From Candidatus Wukongarchaeum yapensis (GTDB lineage Archaea > Asgardarchaeota > Wukongarchaeia > Wukongarchaeales > Wukongarchaeaceae), in NCBI GenBank assembly GCA_016840425.1, contig JAEOSI010000003.1, forward strand, positions 1 to 27,027: a stretch of DNA of 27,027 nucleotides, in the 5' to 3' direction. Numbering within the stretch: position 1 is the stretch's first letter; every line of letters starts with the position of its first letter. Under the pieces are notes generated by a model, which worked only from the letters and a program-made list of their open reading frames with translations, had not been told where the DNA came from and ran no database searches. Shown piece by piece: positions 25,133 through 27,027 of this stretch. Both the position numbers and the translations under genes were made by a program.

Positions 25133-27027
25133 ATGAAATACAAAAATGGTAAACTGCTCGTGGTTTCTGCTTTTCTGTGCTTTCTTCTAGTTCTTTCAGT
25201 TTCAAGTGTTGTAGTTCAACCTAGTGTGAGTGTCGGTGCTTGGTCTGATGATTTACCAACAGTCGATGGAAGCATTAGTGAAGACGACAAGAGAAGAAGC
25301 GACCATCTTCAAATCTCAGATGTACCAATCATGACATTTGGAGGTGTGCTTGAGTGGACGAGTGATTTCGACATCTTTTTAGCAGCTAATGACTCACAAC
25401 TTTATATCGGTATGAACATCACTAACATTCCCTTCTTAGCCAGCGTAGTCATGGGACCAAGCGGTCCGACTGAAGATCCAGCAAATGCAACATTTATTTC
25501 TATATACTTTGATAATGATAATAACAACACTATTGATAACTTAGAGGATGCGAAAAGCGTTTATTTCCTTAATGAAATCACATACGTCGGAGAAGATCAG
25601 TTCTGGAACGCTTCAGATCCCAATCCTGAAAGATGGGGATACGCATCCGACTCTGAATCTGGAGACGGTCCTGATCCTCAAAACATTACAGCCCTAGGTG
25701 TAAAACACTCAAATCCTACCGAACAAGGTAGTATAGGTAACCTCACTGTAGAACTCTTTATGCATTGGAGAGACGATTTACAGGAACGTGATGGCGGAGG
25801 GCTAGTCAGTGGATCGCCTGTTAGTTTTGCAATCAGATATGAAGCTATGGTCAATGCTGTACTCGCAGGAAACGGTAACGGTCCTGGTCAAATGGATAAC
25901 AGGTTATTTGGAGAAACAACCGGAAATGTTTTTAGGGACGAAAACGATGCAAGTAACTTCGATTCCGTAACATGGACCTTTAGTGAGACTCTAAATCTGT
26001 TCTCAGCTGATGGATATCTTACTCAAACTGAGAAAGATAATAGCGGTCCTTACGTGCCATTTTCCGACGTGCAAATCTACGGTATGGTTGCATATGAAAG
26101 TACTGTGGACATTTATGTTGTGAACAACGCTACTCATCTTTATGTTGGTGTTGAGATGTCCGATGTGCCTTATCTTGCTAACTTGAATTGGACAGGTGGT
26201 TCTTTTGGAGCTGGACTTCATAACTTCACAACGATAAGAGTGGTTTTCGATAACGATAACAATAATACTCTTGACTATAAAGAAGATGCAAAACTAGTAA
26301 CGCATGGAAACAACTCCTTTTCATTGGCAGACGATCAGTTGTTTAACACTACAGTAGAGTGGGATCCCCTCGGAGCTGGTTTCACTTCGGATTCACAGAA
26401 CGAACACGGTTTCCCTCCAGAACAGGGAGACATTAGTGCTTTTGACGCAATGCATTCTAATCCATCATATCAAGGCGCAATCGGTGTTCTAACTATGGAA
26501 CTAACCATGCCTCTGGCTGACGATGCCTCTGGATACGATGGAGAAGGTCTTTCAGATACAGTAGGATTCTCAATATACTACCAAGCAATAGTCAACTTTA
26601 ACACATCAACTGGTAACAGTCCTGAGTTTGAAAACTTCTTTCTTGGAGCGACTGCAGGCGGGGCCTTTAGTGAAAATGATGCTTCAGAATTTCACGATTT
26701 GGTGATAAAAGGTGCTGACAATACGGATCCGACCATCAATGAACCAGATGATGTTACCTATGAGGAAGGTGAGACTGGAAACAGCATTGAATGGGCAGCT
26801 ACTGACACTAACCCGTACAAATATAGCATAGCTAAGGATGGTTTAGTTGTTGAAGAGGGTTATTGGGAAAGCGGCGTAGCAATTAGTATAGATGTTGATG
26901 GACTCGATGTTGGTAATTATACCTATGTTTGCAGTGTTAACGATACGGGTGGCAATAGTGCGAGCGACGAGGTGGACGTAACGGTAACCACGCCTGAAGA
27001 AGTATCAGAATTTTCATACGGATACGC
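25133..27027 (+). CDS. Secreted/surface glycoprotein, 3'-truncated: signal peptide, two DOMON/CBM9-like repeats, Ig-like domain
   Basis: Frame open for 631 codons to the window end after GGAGG. Signal MKYKNGKLLVVSAFLCFLLVLSVSS. Repeated FDNDNNNT.D..EDAK and HSNP..QG.IG.LT.EL. The Ig-like unit reads DPTINEPDDVTYEEGETGNSIEW...GNSASDEVDVTV. Many N-x-S/T sequons. Confidence 0.88.
   Translation, partial: MKYKNGKLLVVSAFLCFLLVLSVSSVVVQPSVSVGAWSDDLPTVDGSISEDDKRRSDHLQISDVPIMTFGGVLEWTSDFDIFLAANDSQLYIGMNITNIPFLASVVMGPSGPTEDPANATFISIYFDNDNNNTIDNLEDAKSVYFLNEITYVGEDQFWNASDPNPERWGYASDSESGDGPDPQNITALGVKHSNPTEQGSIGNLTVELFMHWRDDLQERDGGGLVSGSPVSFAIRYEAMVNAVLAGNGNGPGQMDNRLFGETTGNVFRDENDASNFDSVTWTFSETLNLFSADGYLTQTEKDNSGPYVPFSDVQIYGMVAYESTVDIYVVNNATHLYVGVEMSDVPYLANLNWTGGSFGAGLHNFTTIRVVFDNDNNNTLDYKEDAKLVTHGNNSFSLADDQLFNTTVEWDPLGAGFTSDSQNEHGFPPEQGDISAFDAMHSNPSYQGAIGVLTMELTMPLADDASGYDGEGLSDTVGFSIYYQAIVNFNTSTGNSPEFENFFLGATAGGAFSENDASEFHDLVIKGADNTDPTINEPDDVTYEEGETGNSIEWAATDTNPYKYSIAKDGLVVEEGYWESGVAISIDVDGLDVGNYTYVCSVNDTGGNSASDEVDVTVTTPEEVSEFSYGY

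Noticed and set aside
26003-26221. 72-aa minus-strand ORF
   Set aside because: It is antisense to the large surface-protein gene.
1-27027. CRISPR arrays, tRNA/rRNA, transposases, integrases, selenoprotein UGA read-through
   Set aside because: No regularly spaced repeats, RNA-gene signatures, mobile-element motifs or conserved in-frame UGA were seen. The 22-bp repeats are irregularly spaced and promoter-linked.

Overview
AT-rich archaeal window dominated by a cobamide (B12) locus. The + strand operon is cbiF(3' end)-cbiG-cbiH-cbiC-cbiD-cbiE-cobD-cbiA plus a 269-aa unknown protein. The - strand carries a CbiZ-CobZ (CbiS-like) fusion, a decayed HEAT-repeat gene, a BtuFCD-like corrinoid importer, CobN and a ChlI/ChlD-type chelatase subunit. 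These are followed by a small Sm-like protein, an ABC-2 exporter pair and cbiB. The right end holds a CorA-like 2-TM protein without GMN, a 46-aa ORF and a 3'-truncated secreted glycoprotein with an Asgard-type Ig-like repeat; the last two are missing from the ORF track. The most interesting signal is a 22-bp palindrome (ATAGG-N-DGG-WTAA-CCT-N-CCTAT) found four times plus one degenerate tandem copy, only in the intergenic regions before the importer, the chelatase, the small protein and the exporter. It suggests a protein-controlled B12/cobalt regulon that includes a candidate corrinoid exporter. Also notable are a cbiC with no canonical start for its conserved N-terminus and an apparently inactivated phosphatase half of CbiS. 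Family assignments come from motif recognition only; no searches were run.
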